32,000 nucleotides of DNA from assembly GCF_001481685.1 (NCBI RefSeq), contig NZ_CP006867.1:330001-362000 (forward strand). Direction: 5' to 3'. The stretch comes from Ignicoccus islandicus DSM 13165 (lineage in GTDB: Archaea > Thermoproteota > Thermoprotei_A > Sulfolobales > Ignicoccaceae). How positions within the stretch are numbered: the stretch's first letter is position 1; each line of letters starts with the position of its first letter. The notes under the pieces were generated by a model. It worked only from the letters and a program-made list of their open reading frames with translations, had not been told where the DNA came from and did no database searches. The position numbers were made by a program, and so were the translations under genes. Positions 8,252 to 17,527 of the stretch are shown here, in pieces.

Positions 8252-9943
8252 GTGCCCACGTTAGGCGAAGTAATAGCTAACGTTCAAAGGAACTTACTTG
8301 AACTAATTGGCAAAATAAAGAGAGGGGAGAGCGTAACTCAGACTCTAGAAAGAATCAGAAAAGAGAGACCTGCAGTAGGCGAACCCGGAGTAGCCAGCGC
8401 GGGCGGTAGGGTACTTAGAAGCCTCATCCCGGCTGAGAAGCTCGTGGATTTCTACTCGGTTAAACCACCCTATAGTTACGTCCTCATATATATCGACGAT
8501 CAAGAAAGGATAAGGTACCACACCATCGAGCCCATTCTAACAAGGAGGGAGCTAGCTGGTTTAATAAAACTCAAGGCCTTACTCTTTCAAGAATTTCATG
8601 TCAGAGGAGACATTCTAAGGAAGTCCGTTAAAGATCCTCTAGAAGCGGGAAAGTTAATAGCTCAGACAGTTAGGAGGATGGCCCGAGACTACGGTCTGAA
8701 GCTTCCCGTTTTAAGCATTGAGAAGCTCACGTACTACGTCGTTAGGGATACTGTAGGTTACGGTCCACTCGACGTTATCATCAACGATCCGGCCATAGAG
8801 GACATATTCTGTGACGGTACCGGGCTCCCGATTTACGTCTGGCACCAAAGGTACGAGTGGTTGAGGAGCAACGTAGTCTTCATTGATGAAGACGAATTAA
8901 TGAGATACGTTAGGAAACTGGCAGTTAGGTCCGGTAAGGAGTTAAGTTACGCTCAACCTCTATTGGACGGTGCGATACCTCCTTGGAAGTACAGGCTTCA
9001 CGCGACCCATCCAGTAGTAACTTACAGAGGTCCTTCCTTTACTATAAGAAAGTTCCGTGAAAACCCATTCACTCTACCCGAACTAGTTAGGCTCGGAACG
9101 CTCCCACCGGAGATAGCGGCTTACCTTTGGATACTGGTAGATTCAATAAACTCAGCCTTGGTAGTAGGCGCAATGGCGTCCGGTAAAACTACGCTGCTTA
9201 ACGCAATTGCAATGATGATCCCACCAGAGAGCAAGATAGTTACTGCGGAAGACACACCTGAAATAAGGTTACCTCACGAGAACTGGGTAGCAATGGTAAC
9301 GAGACCTTCCAGCGAACCGGGAGTAGAGGACATCACCCTTTACGACTTGCTTAGATCCGCTCTGAGGCAGAGGCCTGAATTCATTATAGTAGGTGAGATA
9401 AGAGGTGAAGAGGCCTTCACCTTCTTCCAAGCCGTCTCAGTAGGTCACGGAGGTCTTGGAACAGTCCACGGTGAAACGATCGATGCCGCAATAAAGAGGC
9501 TCATTACCAAACCAATGGACGTACCCAAAGGCTTGATACCAGCAGTCAAGGTATTCATCCTCAATGCGAGAGTCAAGTATGGAGGGAAGATCGTTAGAAG
9601 GAGCCTGGAGGTAAGGGAAATAATAACCATAGACGAGAGAGGAGAACTAGTCATGAACACCGCGTTCAAATGGGACCCAGAAACGGACTCTTGGGAGGAA
9701 GCGCAACACCTCTACCTAATTGAAAACGCTGCTGAGAAAATGCTAGTAGACTACAACCAGCTGTACAACGAAATGAAGAGGAGAGCTCTAATAATGAAAT
9801 GGATGGCTTGGAGGGAGAAGACGTCCGTTAGGGACGTCATGGATATGGTAAGGAGGTACAGGAGGAACCCCGATATGGTATTTACTCAAGTCGCTTCGGA
9901 GCTCAGAGCCTCAGGTCTCATGGAGGAGGTGGCCCTACTATGA
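8252..9943 (+). CDS. Type II/IV secretion system family ATPase (archaeal type IV filament assembly ATPase)
   Basis: 563 aa; Walker A VVGAMASGKTTLLNAIA, RPEFIIVGEIRGEEAFTFFQAVSVGHGGLGTVHGE (Walker B/His box), TRPSSEPG. Confidence 0.93.
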   Translation: MPTLGEVIANVQRNLLELIGKIKRGESVTQTLERIRKERPAVGEPGVASAGGRVLRSLIPAEKLVDFYSVKPPYSYVLIYIDDQERIRYHTIEPILTRRELAGLIKLKALLFQEFHVRGDILRKSVKDPLEAGKLIAQTVRRMARDYGLKLPVLSIEKLTYYVVRDTVGYGPLDVIINDPAIEDIFCDGTGLPIYVWHQRYEWLRSNVVFIDEDELMRYVRKLAVRSGKELSYAQPLLDGAIPPWKYRLHATHPVVTYRGPSFTIRKFRENPFTLPELVRLGTLPPEIAAYLWILVDSINSALVVGAMASGKTTLLNAIAMMIPPESKIVTAEDTPEIRLPHENWVAMVTRPSSEPGVEDITLYDLLRSALRQRPEFIIVGEIRGEEAFTFFQAVSVGHGGLGTVHGETIDAAIKRLITKPMDVPKGLIPAVKVFILNARVKYGGKIVRRSLEVREIITIDERGELVMNTAFKWDPETDSWEEAQHLYLIENAAEKMLVDYNQLYNEMKRRALIMKWMAWREKTSVRDVMDMVRRYRRNPDMVFTQVASELRASGLMEEVALL

Positions 9944-10920
9944 GCACTAGAATAGTTCTAGAAGAAATAGAAGCCAAGACTAAGAAAAGGGAAAAAGCTG
10001 AAGTTAAGAGCGCTAACGCTCTGTTCTATATCTTCTACAGGATATCCAAAAGCATAGGAATTCAGAGGTTCTTGGAAGAATCCTTCAAAGGCCTAGAGAA
10101 GTACATACTCGGCTCCAGACTTCAAGTCTCCTTCCCAGTTTACGTTGCAACCATGGCCTTGCTCCCCCTCGCAATCGCCCCGTTAATCTCAGCCTTCGTA
10201 TTCGTTACAACTTTCTATGTATTATACATGCCTCCCTTGCTCTCTATTGGTTTAACAATTATTTCATTCGTAGTCGGATACGCCATAGTTTTCATGCTCT
10301 TGTACGTTGTTCCAGTGGCAATGTTCAGTTCAAGAAGCCCAGTTCTAGAGAAGAGCTTAGTCGTTCTATACGCTTACCTAGCTGCCTTAGGAGTTTCCGG
10401 CGCTAGCTACGTCGAAGCTCTGAGGAAGCTATGGGAGAAGAGCGAAAGCTTAGGTGCCGAACCGGAACTTGCTGAGGTGATTACGAGAATATACCTACTA
10501 GGAGAGGACGTAGTAGACGTCCTTAAGGACGTGGCGGAAAGGGCTCCCAATAGGGAATTCGCGAACTTCCTAAGAGGTCTGGCTAATGTAATAGAATCCG
10601 GTGCCGGCCTCGATAAGTTCGCAGAGGTTGGTTTCGAGAGCTCCATGGCAATAATGCAAGCTAAAATGAAGGAAGCAATGGGTGCACTAGAAATAATGAG
10701 CGAAATGTACGTGACTGGATCATCAGTAATGCCAATTTTGGGACTCTCGTTCGCAGTGGTTCTAGCTACCATGGGCCCCTCTGCTAAGATGTTCGGATTA
10801 ACGCTTCCAATGAAGCCAGCCACCTTGGCCGGCCTAATGTCCTTCTTCGGTATTCCACTAATATCCATATTCGCGATACTCATGGTGGATGGTACACTAA
10901 GTAAGATAAGGGGATGGTGA
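9940..10920 (+). CDS. Type II secretion system F domain (TadC/GspF-like) membrane protein 1
   Basis: 326 aa, overlaps ATPase stop by 4 nt; hydrophobic helices, SFKGLEKYI, MPMK-type core (MAIMQAKMKEAMGALEIMSEMYVTGSSVMPILGLSF). Confidence 0.8.
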   Translation: MSTRIVLEEIEAKTKKREKAEVKSANALFYIFYRISKSIGIQRFLEESFKGLEKYILGSRLQVSFPVYVATMALLPLAIAPLISAFVFVTTFYVLYMPPLLSIGLTIISFVVGYAIVFMLLYVVPVAMFSSRSPVLEKSLVVLYAYLAALGVSGASYVEALRKLWEKSESLGAEPELAEVITRIYLLGEDVVDVLKDVAERAPNREFANFLRGLANVIESGAGLDKFAEVGFESSMAIMQAKMKEAMGALEIMSEMYVTGSSVMPILGLSFAVVLATMGPSAKMFGLTLPMKPATLAGLMSFFGIPLISIFAILMVDGTLSKIRGW

Positions 10921-11864
10921 TCCCCTTGGTTAAGATGGAAAAACAAGAGATAATGTTAATGGCAGTAACGCCCGTTTTGGGAATAGTATTGATGATAATA
11001 ACCTACGTGCCACCAGGAGAGAAAGTGTTCGAAGCCCTTCCAAGGATTTACTTGCCTTACAACCCCGATACTTTGAGATCGATAACCATAGGTATACTAA
11101 CCATCTTAGCCGGTCCAGCTTTAGCTTATTACTTGTATATGAAGAGGATAGAGAGCATAATTAGCAACACGCCCTTAATGCTACAAGACATCGCAGTAAC
11201 GGTTAGAAGCGGTACTAAGGTTTACGCCTCTTTCGTTGAGATAAGCGATAGGGACTACGGAGCTCTAACTCCGTTCATTAGGAGAATAGCTTCCCTAATC
11301 TACTTGCTCGGCCTAGACATGCTCGATGCCTTAAGGCTGGTTCTAAACGACTTACCCAAGGAAACGAGGAAGTACTTCTACTTCATCGAAGAGGCGTACG
11401 AGAGCGGAGGTAGGGCTGTCGAGGTCCTAGATAAGGCCTCGGAACTTGCGAGGAGAATTATGGAATTCGAAGAAGAAAGGGAAAAGACCCTCAAGAGCCA
11501 AGGTTTCATAATTCTCTTTAGCGTTGTAATTTTCGTAGCGACGGCAGCTATACTTTACTACTTAGCTGTCCAAATGTACGCTTCTTCCGTTGAAGTTAAC
11601 AAGAAATTAGGCGAACAACAGTTACAGCCAATAGATCCATTAGAAGTATTAGGATACGTATACTACATGTCCATCTCCCTATCCTTGTTCGCTGGGATAG
11701 CCACTGGAAAGATAGTGAAAGGGACTATAGCTGCCGGGTTGTTCTATTCAATATTAGTGCTTATTCTAAGCCTTGGAATAGTATTGGCTCTACCGGTAGT
11801 TATACCACCGTATCCACAGGAGGCTGTTACTGCGCAAGCGACTGGGGCGTTCCCCCAAACGTAA
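10914..11864 (+). CDS. Type II secretion system F domain (TadC/GspF-like) membrane protein 2
   Basis: 316 aa, overlaps previous ORF by 7 nt; LMLQDIAVTVRSGTKVYASFVEISDRDYGALTPFIRRIASL and C-terminal TM helices. Confidence 0.8.
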   Translation: MVIPLVKMEKQEIMLMAVTPVLGIVLMIITYVPPGEKVFEALPRIYLPYNPDTLRSITIGILTILAGPALAYYLYMKRIESIISNTPLMLQDIAVTVRSGTKVYASFVEISDRDYGALTPFIRRIASLIYLLGLDMLDALRLVLNDLPKETRKYFYFIEEAYESGGRAVEVLDKASELARRIMEFEEEREKTLKSQGFIILFSVVIFVATAAILYYLAVQMYASSVEVNKKLGEQQLQPIDPLEVLGYVYYMSISLSLFAGIATGKIVKGTIAAGLFYSILVLILSLGIVLALPVVIPPYPQEAVTAQATGAFPQT

Positions 11865-11908
11865 CGAGTTTTAAAGTCATTGGACTAGGAAAGAGGGGGT
11901 CCACGAGA

Positions 11909-12430
11909 ATGGCCAAGCCCGCTAGATGCTTCACTAAGAGACACGCGAAGGCGTTCAGCGGTCCTCCGTATACTAGGGAAGAATACATCCACGGCGCGCC
12001 CCAACCCAAAGTAGTTAAGTGGGTAATGGGTAATCCGAAGGTCGAGGCCGAAGTCGAAATAAGGCTCGTCGCATTGGAGAGGGCGCAAATTAGGCACAAC
12101 GCATTAGAGGCCGCGAGAGTTGCCGTTCACAAGGCGCTATCCAGCTCAATAGGCGAGAACAATTACGTATTCATAATTAAGAGATATCCTCACCACGTGT
12201 TGAGGGAACACAAGTTCATGGCGTTCGCCGGTGCAGACAGATTGCAAGAAGGCATGAGGCACGCCTTCGGAAAGCCCGTTGGAAGAGCCGTTAGAATATA
12301 TCCCGGTCAAGACATACTGGTAGTTAAAACTAAGAAGCAGTTTGCGGATAAGGCTAAGGAAATAATGAAGATGGCTGCTTACAAGATGCCCATACCTTGT
12401 AGGGTTGAGGTAATAGAACTATCTAAGTAA
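11909..12430 (+). CDS. rpl10e: Ribosomal protein L10e (uL16)
   Basis: 173 aa; MAKPARCFTKRHAKAFSGPPYTREEYIHGAPQPKVVKWVMGNP, PHHVLREHKFMAFAGADRLQEGMRHAFGKPVGRAVRI. Confidence 0.95.
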   Translation: MAKPARCFTKRHAKAFSGPPYTREEYIHGAPQPKVVKWVMGNPKVEAEVEIRLVALERAQIRHNALEAARVAVHKALSSSIGENNYVFIIKRYPHHVLREHKFMAFAGADRLQEGMRHAFGKPVGRAVRIYPGQDILVVKTKKQFADKAKEIMKMAAYKMPIPCRVEVIELSK

Positions 12431-12498
12431 TTTCCTCGTAATACAGTTATAGAGAAAACGTTTTTAGCATCGAGTGGTAGTATATATGGGGCCGCCCA

Positions 12499-13137
12499 AT
12501 GAACGTTGCTGAAGCTCGGGCGCGAGAGTTCTTGGAGAAATACGGTGAGAGAGGAGAAATGGTTGTGAGGGCGGCCCTAGAGGTAGCAGACGCTTATAGG
12601 AGGAAAGGTAAGGCTGCTTTAGGCGACTTCGACTTCAAGGGAGTCGTTAAGAGGCTTAAACAATACGGGGTCGATTACAACCCCTCGCCCCTTTTATCCA
12701 AACTAGAGAAAGAGTATGCTTTAATAGAAACGAGCTACAAGAGCTCGAACCAACACTGGTGGAAGTTCGTAGATGAGGAAGCGCTCCGGCTAGCTTTAAA
12801 TGAAGAGGAGGAAGACGAAGAGGAATTAGATCCTCAAATAGCGGTTCTAAAGGTTCAAGTCGCTGCACTTGAGTTAGATGAAGCGAAAGAGAAATTAGCT
12901 AAAATAATAAACAGGAAGAAAATGACCGTTGCTGACAAGAAGTGGTTCAAGAACTTCGCTTTCGAGACGCTGCCACTGATAGCTAAGGTGGCCGAAAAGG
13001 TCTTGGAGGAGGGAATAGAAGATCCAGAGTTATTGGAAGCGGTAGAGGTTATCAAGTTGGCTCTAAAGGCATCCAAGCTAGCTAAGGTGAAGGTATCTAA
13101 GAGCTTGGACTTACCACTAATATCGGTGGAGGAGTGA
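12499..13137 (+). CDS. Hypothetical protein, highly charged, predicted helical
   Basis: 212 aa ORF with biased K/E/L/A composition and good codon pattern; tail runs directly to the next ORF. Confidence 0.6.
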   Translation: MNVAEARAREFLEKYGERGEMVVRAALEVADAYRRKGKAALGDFDFKGVVKRLKQYGVDYNPSPLLSKLEKEYALIETSYKSSNQHWWKFVDEEALRLALNEEEEDEEELDPQIAVLKVQVAALELDEAKEKLAKIINRKKMTVADKKWFKNFAFETLPLIAKVAEKVLEEGIEDPELLEAVEVIKLALKASKLAKVKVSKSLDLPLISVEE

Positions 13138-13141
13138 ACCA

Positions 13142-13354
13142 ATGGTTCAGCGATGTTGGAACAAAGGTCCCCTAGGACCATCAATTCCATGGGGCGGTTT
13201 CGTCTTATTATATACTAATGATCCCAGCGACCCGCTTGCGTTAGAGTTAATTGAAGCGTTCGGAGCGAAGATAGTTGAAGTTTCCGAGGTAGTTTCCCTA
13301 GATCCCGATGCCGTCAATCTTCCGTTCAAGTACGCAGTGGTGTGGAAGTGGTAA
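13142..13354 (+). CDS. Hypothetical protein (70 aa)
   Basis: Begins 4 nt after the preceding stop; MVQRCWNKGPLGPSIPWGGFVLLYTNDPSDPLALELIEAFGAKIVEVSEV... Confidence 0.5.
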   Translation: MVQRCWNKGPLGPSIPWGGFVLLYTNDPSDPLALELIEAFGAKIVEVSEVVSLDPDAVNLPFKYAVVWKW

Positions 13355-13381
13355 GACATATCTTCTCTTATCGCTAGTTAA

Positions 13382-14335
13382 GTGCATGAGATGCACAAGG
13401 GCATAGTTCAATTGGGAGTACTGCTCCTAATAGTAGTTACAGTGACCTTATCCGTAATAGTGGTAGTTAACTTACCTAAGATTTTGGGAAATTGCCCCGT
13501 CAAGGTGGTAACCAATACCGTAACTAAGTACGTAACTGAGAGCGAGGTGGTCACCGTTACAACTACGGCCTTCAGAACCGTAACGGAAAAGCTAACGAAA
13601 GTCGTAACGAGCGTAACTACCACGATCTCTACATCGGTATTTACCTTAAGGAGCACGGTGTTTTCAACTATTACCTCAATACTCGTTAGAACTGCCTTCC
13701 TAACCGAAGTAGTGGAGAGAACTGCAACGGTCACTTCCACTAGCTACGTCTCCTTTACTAGGACGGTAACCGTAACTAGTACCCACACGGTCTGGGAAAC
13801 CCTCGTTCCGAGTTACCAATCGATCGTAACTTCTACGGCAATATTCGTAAACGGCTTAAACGGGGGCGTCGCAATTTACTCGTGTACTGGAAAGGGAGTA
13901 ATGATTCTAGGGAAAACCATGACGATAATTAGGGGTTATCCCAAGCCTATTAACTTCGATTACTTCGTTCCGTGTCCCGCTTTAATCTTAACTGAGAGTA
14001 ACAATACCGAAACTGTGTTCCTGAGCGGAACCCTAACTTTTAAAATGGCCCGGGTCACTGAGGCGAAGCTTCTCAACCTCATTACTTTAACCGGGGTGGA
14101 AACCTTCACTAACAACTTCTTACTCGTCTACCCTGTCACTTCGACGTTAGCCTTGAAGTGCGACGGAAATGGAGTAGTTGTTGGTGGGAGGAAACTGATC
14201 GTGGGTTATCCCGTACAAGTGGTTAACGTAGTAGGTTCGGAGTTCCACGAACCTTGTCCTTGTTACTGCTTAATAACGGAGAAAGGGCCCTTAACGCTTC
14301 TAGCAGTTGGAAGCGGAACTCTCACGTGGGGTTAG
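13382..14335 (+). CDS. Putative surface-anchored protein: N-terminal TM/signal anchor, Thr/Val-rich extended region, C-terminal Cys-containing domain
   Basis: 317 aa; GIVQLGVLLLIVVTVTLSVIVVVNL then repeated TVT-type alternation. Confidence 0.65.
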   Translation: MHEMHKGIVQLGVLLLIVVTVTLSVIVVVNLPKILGNCPVKVVTNTVTKYVTESEVVTVTTTAFRTVTEKLTKVVTSVTTTISTSVFTLRSTVFSTITSILVRTAFLTEVVERTATVTSTSYVSFTRTVTVTSTHTVWETLVPSYQSIVTSTAIFVNGLNGGVAIYSCTGKGVMILGKTMTIIRGYPKPINFDYFVPCPALILTESNNTETVFLSGTLTFKMARVTEAKLLNLITLTGVETFTNNFLLVYPVTSTLALKCDGNGVVVGGRKLIVGYPVQVVNVVGSEFHEPCPCYCLITEKGPLTLLAVGSGTLTWG

Positions 14336-15097
14336 CTAGACCTTCCCTAGTACGTACTTCTCGGTTAACTTGTTCTTAGGCCTGGTAAATATCTCGCTCG
14401 TTGGACCTACCTCGATTACTTGACCTTGGTAAACGAAGGCTACGTAGTCGCTTATTCTCGCTGCTTGCTGCGGGTTGTGGGTAACAATGACTATCGTAAG
14501 GTCCTTCTTTAATTCAACTATCGTTTCTTCTATTTTCTTAGTGGAGACGACGTCTAGAGCTGAAGTGGGTTCGTCCATTAACAGTACCTTCGGTTTAAGC
14601 GCTAGCGCCCTCGCTATGCAAAGCCTCTGTTGCTGGCCTCCCGAAAGCTGACTGGCCTTCTTCTTCAATTCGTCCTTAACTTCGTCCCATAAGTAAGCCT
14701 TCTTCAAAGCCCATTCTACGCGTTCCCTTAACTCTTCCTTACTCTTAACGAGTTTGTTCATCTTCAAGCCTATGGCAACGTTATCGAAAATGCTCATATG
14801 GGGAAACGGATTAGGTCTCTGAAATACCATTCCGACTAGCCTCCTGACCTCTTTGTCCTTCATAGCGTAGACGTCCTTTCCGTCCAGCAGTATTTCGCCA
14901 TCTATTTCGACCTCCGGATAAAGGTCCCAGAGCCTATTTATGGACCTCAAAATGGTGCTCTTACCGGATCCAGAGGGTCCCATTATTGCGAACACTTTGT
15001 TTCTAGGTATTTCCAAGTTGATGCCTTTCAGTACTTCCTTTCCAGCTATTCTGACCTTCAAGTTCCTTATCTCTATAATCGGTTTATCAGAACTCAT
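14336..15097 (-). CDS. pstB: Phosphate ABC transporter ATP-binding protein
   Basis: [73 protein letters not shown]. Confidence 0.95.
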   Translation of the reverse strand: MSSDKPIIEIRNLKVRIAGKEVLKGINLEIPRNKVFAIMGPSGSGKSTILRSINRLWDLYPEVEIDGEILLDGKDVYAMKDKEVRRLVGMVFQRPNPFPHMSIFDNVAIGLKMNKLVKSKEELRERVEWALKKAYLWDEVKDELKKKASQLSGGQQQRLCIARALALKPKVLLMDEPTSALDVVSTKKIEETIVELKKDLTIVIVTHNPQQAARISDYVAFVYQGQVIEVGPTSEIFTRPKNKLTEKYVLGKV

Positions 15098-15920
15098 GTC
15101 TTCTCACCACTAACTTACTGATTATTATTAAAGGCAATATTATTGCGAATACCAAAACGAAGGAAGCGGCCCAACTAAGCTCTAGCCAAAGTTCTTGTGA
15201 GCTGAAACCGAACTTGTATATTAGGACGCTCAAGCTGGCGCTTGGCTTCAACGGATCTAACTCCAGTTTGTCGCTCCATCCGGCCGTGAAGAGTAGGGGG
15301 GCAGCTTCTCCAGCAGCCTTAGCTAGAGCTATTAGCGTGCCAGTTACGACGCCCGGAGCTATTAGGCCCCTGAGAACCTTGAAGAGGACCTTCGGATAAG
15401 GTATCCCTAAAGCAAGTCCCCCCTCCTTCACTTCCTTAGGCACCTTCCTATACGCCTCAGCGGTGTAAATGGTAATGTAAGGAACCATTATCACAGAGAG
15501 AGCCATGCTCCCAGCTAGTGCGGAAAAGCTCTTCGTAGGAACCACTACTAACCAATATATCGCTATACCAGCAGCTATGGTCGGTAGCTCTACCAGTAGC
15601 GAGGCGACGTCTTCAGCTATTCTAGATAGCTTCGAACGCCTAAATTCCGCTATTAGAACTCCAGCGAGGAAACCTATAGGGAACGAAATTAGTAGCGCCA
15701 TAAAGATCATTTCAAGCGTTCCAACTATCGCCGGAGCTATCCCAACCTTAGGAGTTCCGAAGAAGAATATCGGAGGAGGTATGTCGTTTACGAAGAGTTG
15801 ATAGCCGTACTTCATTACTATTGGAAGTCCGTTGGCAACTATTGAACCCAATATCCAGAGCAGCGTTCCTAAAGCGCTTAGGCTGAGAACGTAAATTGCA
15901 AGTATGCCGATTCTAGGCAC
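15087..15920 (-). CDS. pstA: Phosphate ABC transporter permease PstA (track ORF extends to 15962; GTG at 15920 overlapping the pstC stop is a likelier start)
   Basis: Permease with EEL-loop-like [59 protein letters not shown]. Confidence 0.9.
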   Translation of the reverse strand: MPRIGILAIYVLSLSALGTLLWILGSIVANGLPIVMKYGYQLFVNDIPPPIFFFGTPKVGIAPAIVGTLEMIFMALLISFPIGFLAGVLIAEFRRSKLSRIAEDVASLLVELPTIAAGIAIYWLVVVPTKSFSALAGSMALSVIMVPYITIYTAEAYRKVPKEVKEGGLALGIPYPKVLFKVLRGLIAPGVVTGTLIALAKAAGEAAPLLFTAGWSDKLELDPLKPSASLSVLIYKFGFSSQELWLELSWAASFVLVFAIILPLIIISKLVVRRHEF

Positions 15921-16863
15921 TAGCCTCCACCTCCATGAAGTTCTTGGAGACCTTCCTTCCAAAGTAGAGCAACGCGAAGCCCATTCCCACTAGAATTAGT
16001 ATTAACGTAGTTAAGGCCTCGCTATGGAGCGGGTTCATCATTGCTTCTTCGAACTCGTTAGCTACCAGCGAGGTTATAGTGGCACCTCTGCATAGCAAGC
16101 ACGGTTTGAAGGGACCTATGGAATTACCTATCAACATTGTCACAGCCATTGTTTCGCCGAGGGCTCTTCCAGCTGCTATAATGGTTCCAGCTACGATTGA
16201 GGACTTAACGTACCCTATGCCTATCTTAATAACGTCCCATTGATCGCCCCCTAGAGCGTAAACTGCTTCCTTTAGGTCCTTGGGTATCATTTCGTAGGAG
16301 TTCCTTATTATTGCCGAGGCGTAAGGTATCATCATTAGCGATAGGACCAATACGGCCGTCATGAAGCATTGAGGAGTAATTGAAGAGGTCTCAACTAAAG
16401 TTGAGATCAATGGTACGTTAGACAGAATTGATTGAAAGGTCGGATAGAAGTACGTAGCCATAAGCGGGCCGAAGATCATTAATCCCCAATATCCGTAAAC
16501 CACGCTGGGTACAGCTGCAATTAAGTCAACTAGACCTCCCACTAGGGTCTTCAACCTCTTCGGGGCCAGCTCCGCTGCGAACACGGCCATGGATACCGAA
16601 AGGGGTAGCGTAAGTAGCGTGGACCAGAAGGTCACCCATAGGCTACCTAAGATGAATTGTATTGCACCGAACTTGTTCGCAGAAGGATTCCATTCACTAG
16701 ACGTAAGGAGTTCGTACCCCTTCTCTAATATGAAGGGGGTCGAGTAGTACGCTATTGGTAATAGCGCTGATATAAAGACTACTAGAAGCAATAAGCCGCC
16801 GAAACTCACCAGTATCGGTGGTTTGAGCCGTTTCTTCATGACCTCTCGTTCACAGCCTTCCAA
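15913..16863 (-). CDS. pstC: Phosphate ABC transporter permease PstC
   Basis: IPSVVYGYWGLMIFGPLM, IRNSYEMIPKDLKEAVYALGGDQWDVIKIGIGYVKSSIVAGTIIAAGRALGETMAVTMLIGN; probable start at MKKRLKPPILV. Confidence 0.92.
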   Translation of the reverse strand: MEGCEREVMKKRLKPPILVSFGGLLLLVVFISALLPIAYYSTPFILEKGYELLTSSEWNPSANKFGAIQFILGSLWVTFWSTLLTLPLSVSMAVFAAELAPKRLKTLVGGLVDLIAAVPSVVYGYWGLMIFGPLMATYFYPTFQSILSNVPLISTLVETSSITPQCFMTAVLVLSLMMIPYASAIIRNSYEMIPKDLKEAVYALGGDQWDVIKIGIGYVKSSIVAGTIIAAGRALGETMAVTMLIGNSIGPFKPCLLCRGATITSLVANEFEEAMMNPLHSEALTTLILILVGMGFALLYFGRKVSKNFMEVEASA

Positions 16864-16904
16864 TCGGTCTAAATGAACCTTTTCGAAATTCCTTTAAAAC
16901 CGTT

Positions 16905-17522
16905 TCACAGTAGGAACGTAAATACAGCTGATAGCGAAAACAGCGCCAGCCACAAACCTTGATGATATCGGAACACCTTGGATCCGTCTAGAGGTTCCAA
17001 GGGCAGTAAGTTGAAGAGGGCGAGGAACCAATTGATTGAAGATATCATGTAGAACGGAGGGTAAAGCGTCAAGACGTAGAGCGCGTTGAAGATCAAGCCT
17101 ATAACTATATTCGCTATAGGACCGGCAGCGGCTATTGCCGCTTCAGGTAGGAGAGGTATCCTATACACTATTGGATTGAACTTCCTATGACCCCTGGCAA
17201 AGCAAGAGAACATTACAGCGCCTGGAGCAGCGAACACGAACATGCCTCTCGTTATAACTGATAGGAAGAGCGCTAACGCTAGGCCCAAGGGCCAGAGCTT
17301 GTACTCAGCGAAGCAACCGTATGCCTTAGCCGTCTCCCTGTGCGCCAATTCATGCATCACGAAGCCTAATCCGACGGCTACGGCCGTCCACAGAAAGGCG
17401 TCCAGCCAGCCGTGAGCTAAGTACCTAATTCCGAACGCTATGCTGAGGACGATCCAAGACACGAGGAGTGCATAGGTACCAGTAGTCCAATCGATTGCGT
17501 ACTTGTAGCTTCGGTAATACAT
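16905..17522 (-). CDS. Membrane metalloprotease, M50/site-2 protease family
   Basis: 205 aa; HELAHRETAKAYG, AAAGPIANIVIGLIF, NLLPLEPLDGSKVF. Confidence 0.85.
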   Translation of the reverse strand: MYYRSYKYAIDWTTGTYALLVSWIVLSIAFGIRYLAHGWLDAFLWTAVAVGLGFVMHELAHRETAKAYGCFAEYKLWPLGLALALFLSVITRGMFVFAAPGAVMFSCFARGHRKFNPIVYRIPLLPEAAIAAAGPIANIVIGLIFNALYVLTLYPPFYMISSINWFLALFNLLPLEPLDGSKVFRYHQGLWLALFSLSAVFTFLL

Positions 17523-17527
17523 GTTCC

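Noticed and set aside
13147-13359. 70-aa minus ORF opposite 13142..13354
   Set aside because: The + strand ORF follows the previous stop by 4 nt and looks more protein-like; the minus ORF is Ser/Asn-rich shadow.
13408-13740. 110-aa antisense ORF rich in V/T within the TVT-rich gene
   Set aside because: Complement of the Thr/Val (ACN/GTN) repeats reads as Val/Thr-like codons; explained by composition.
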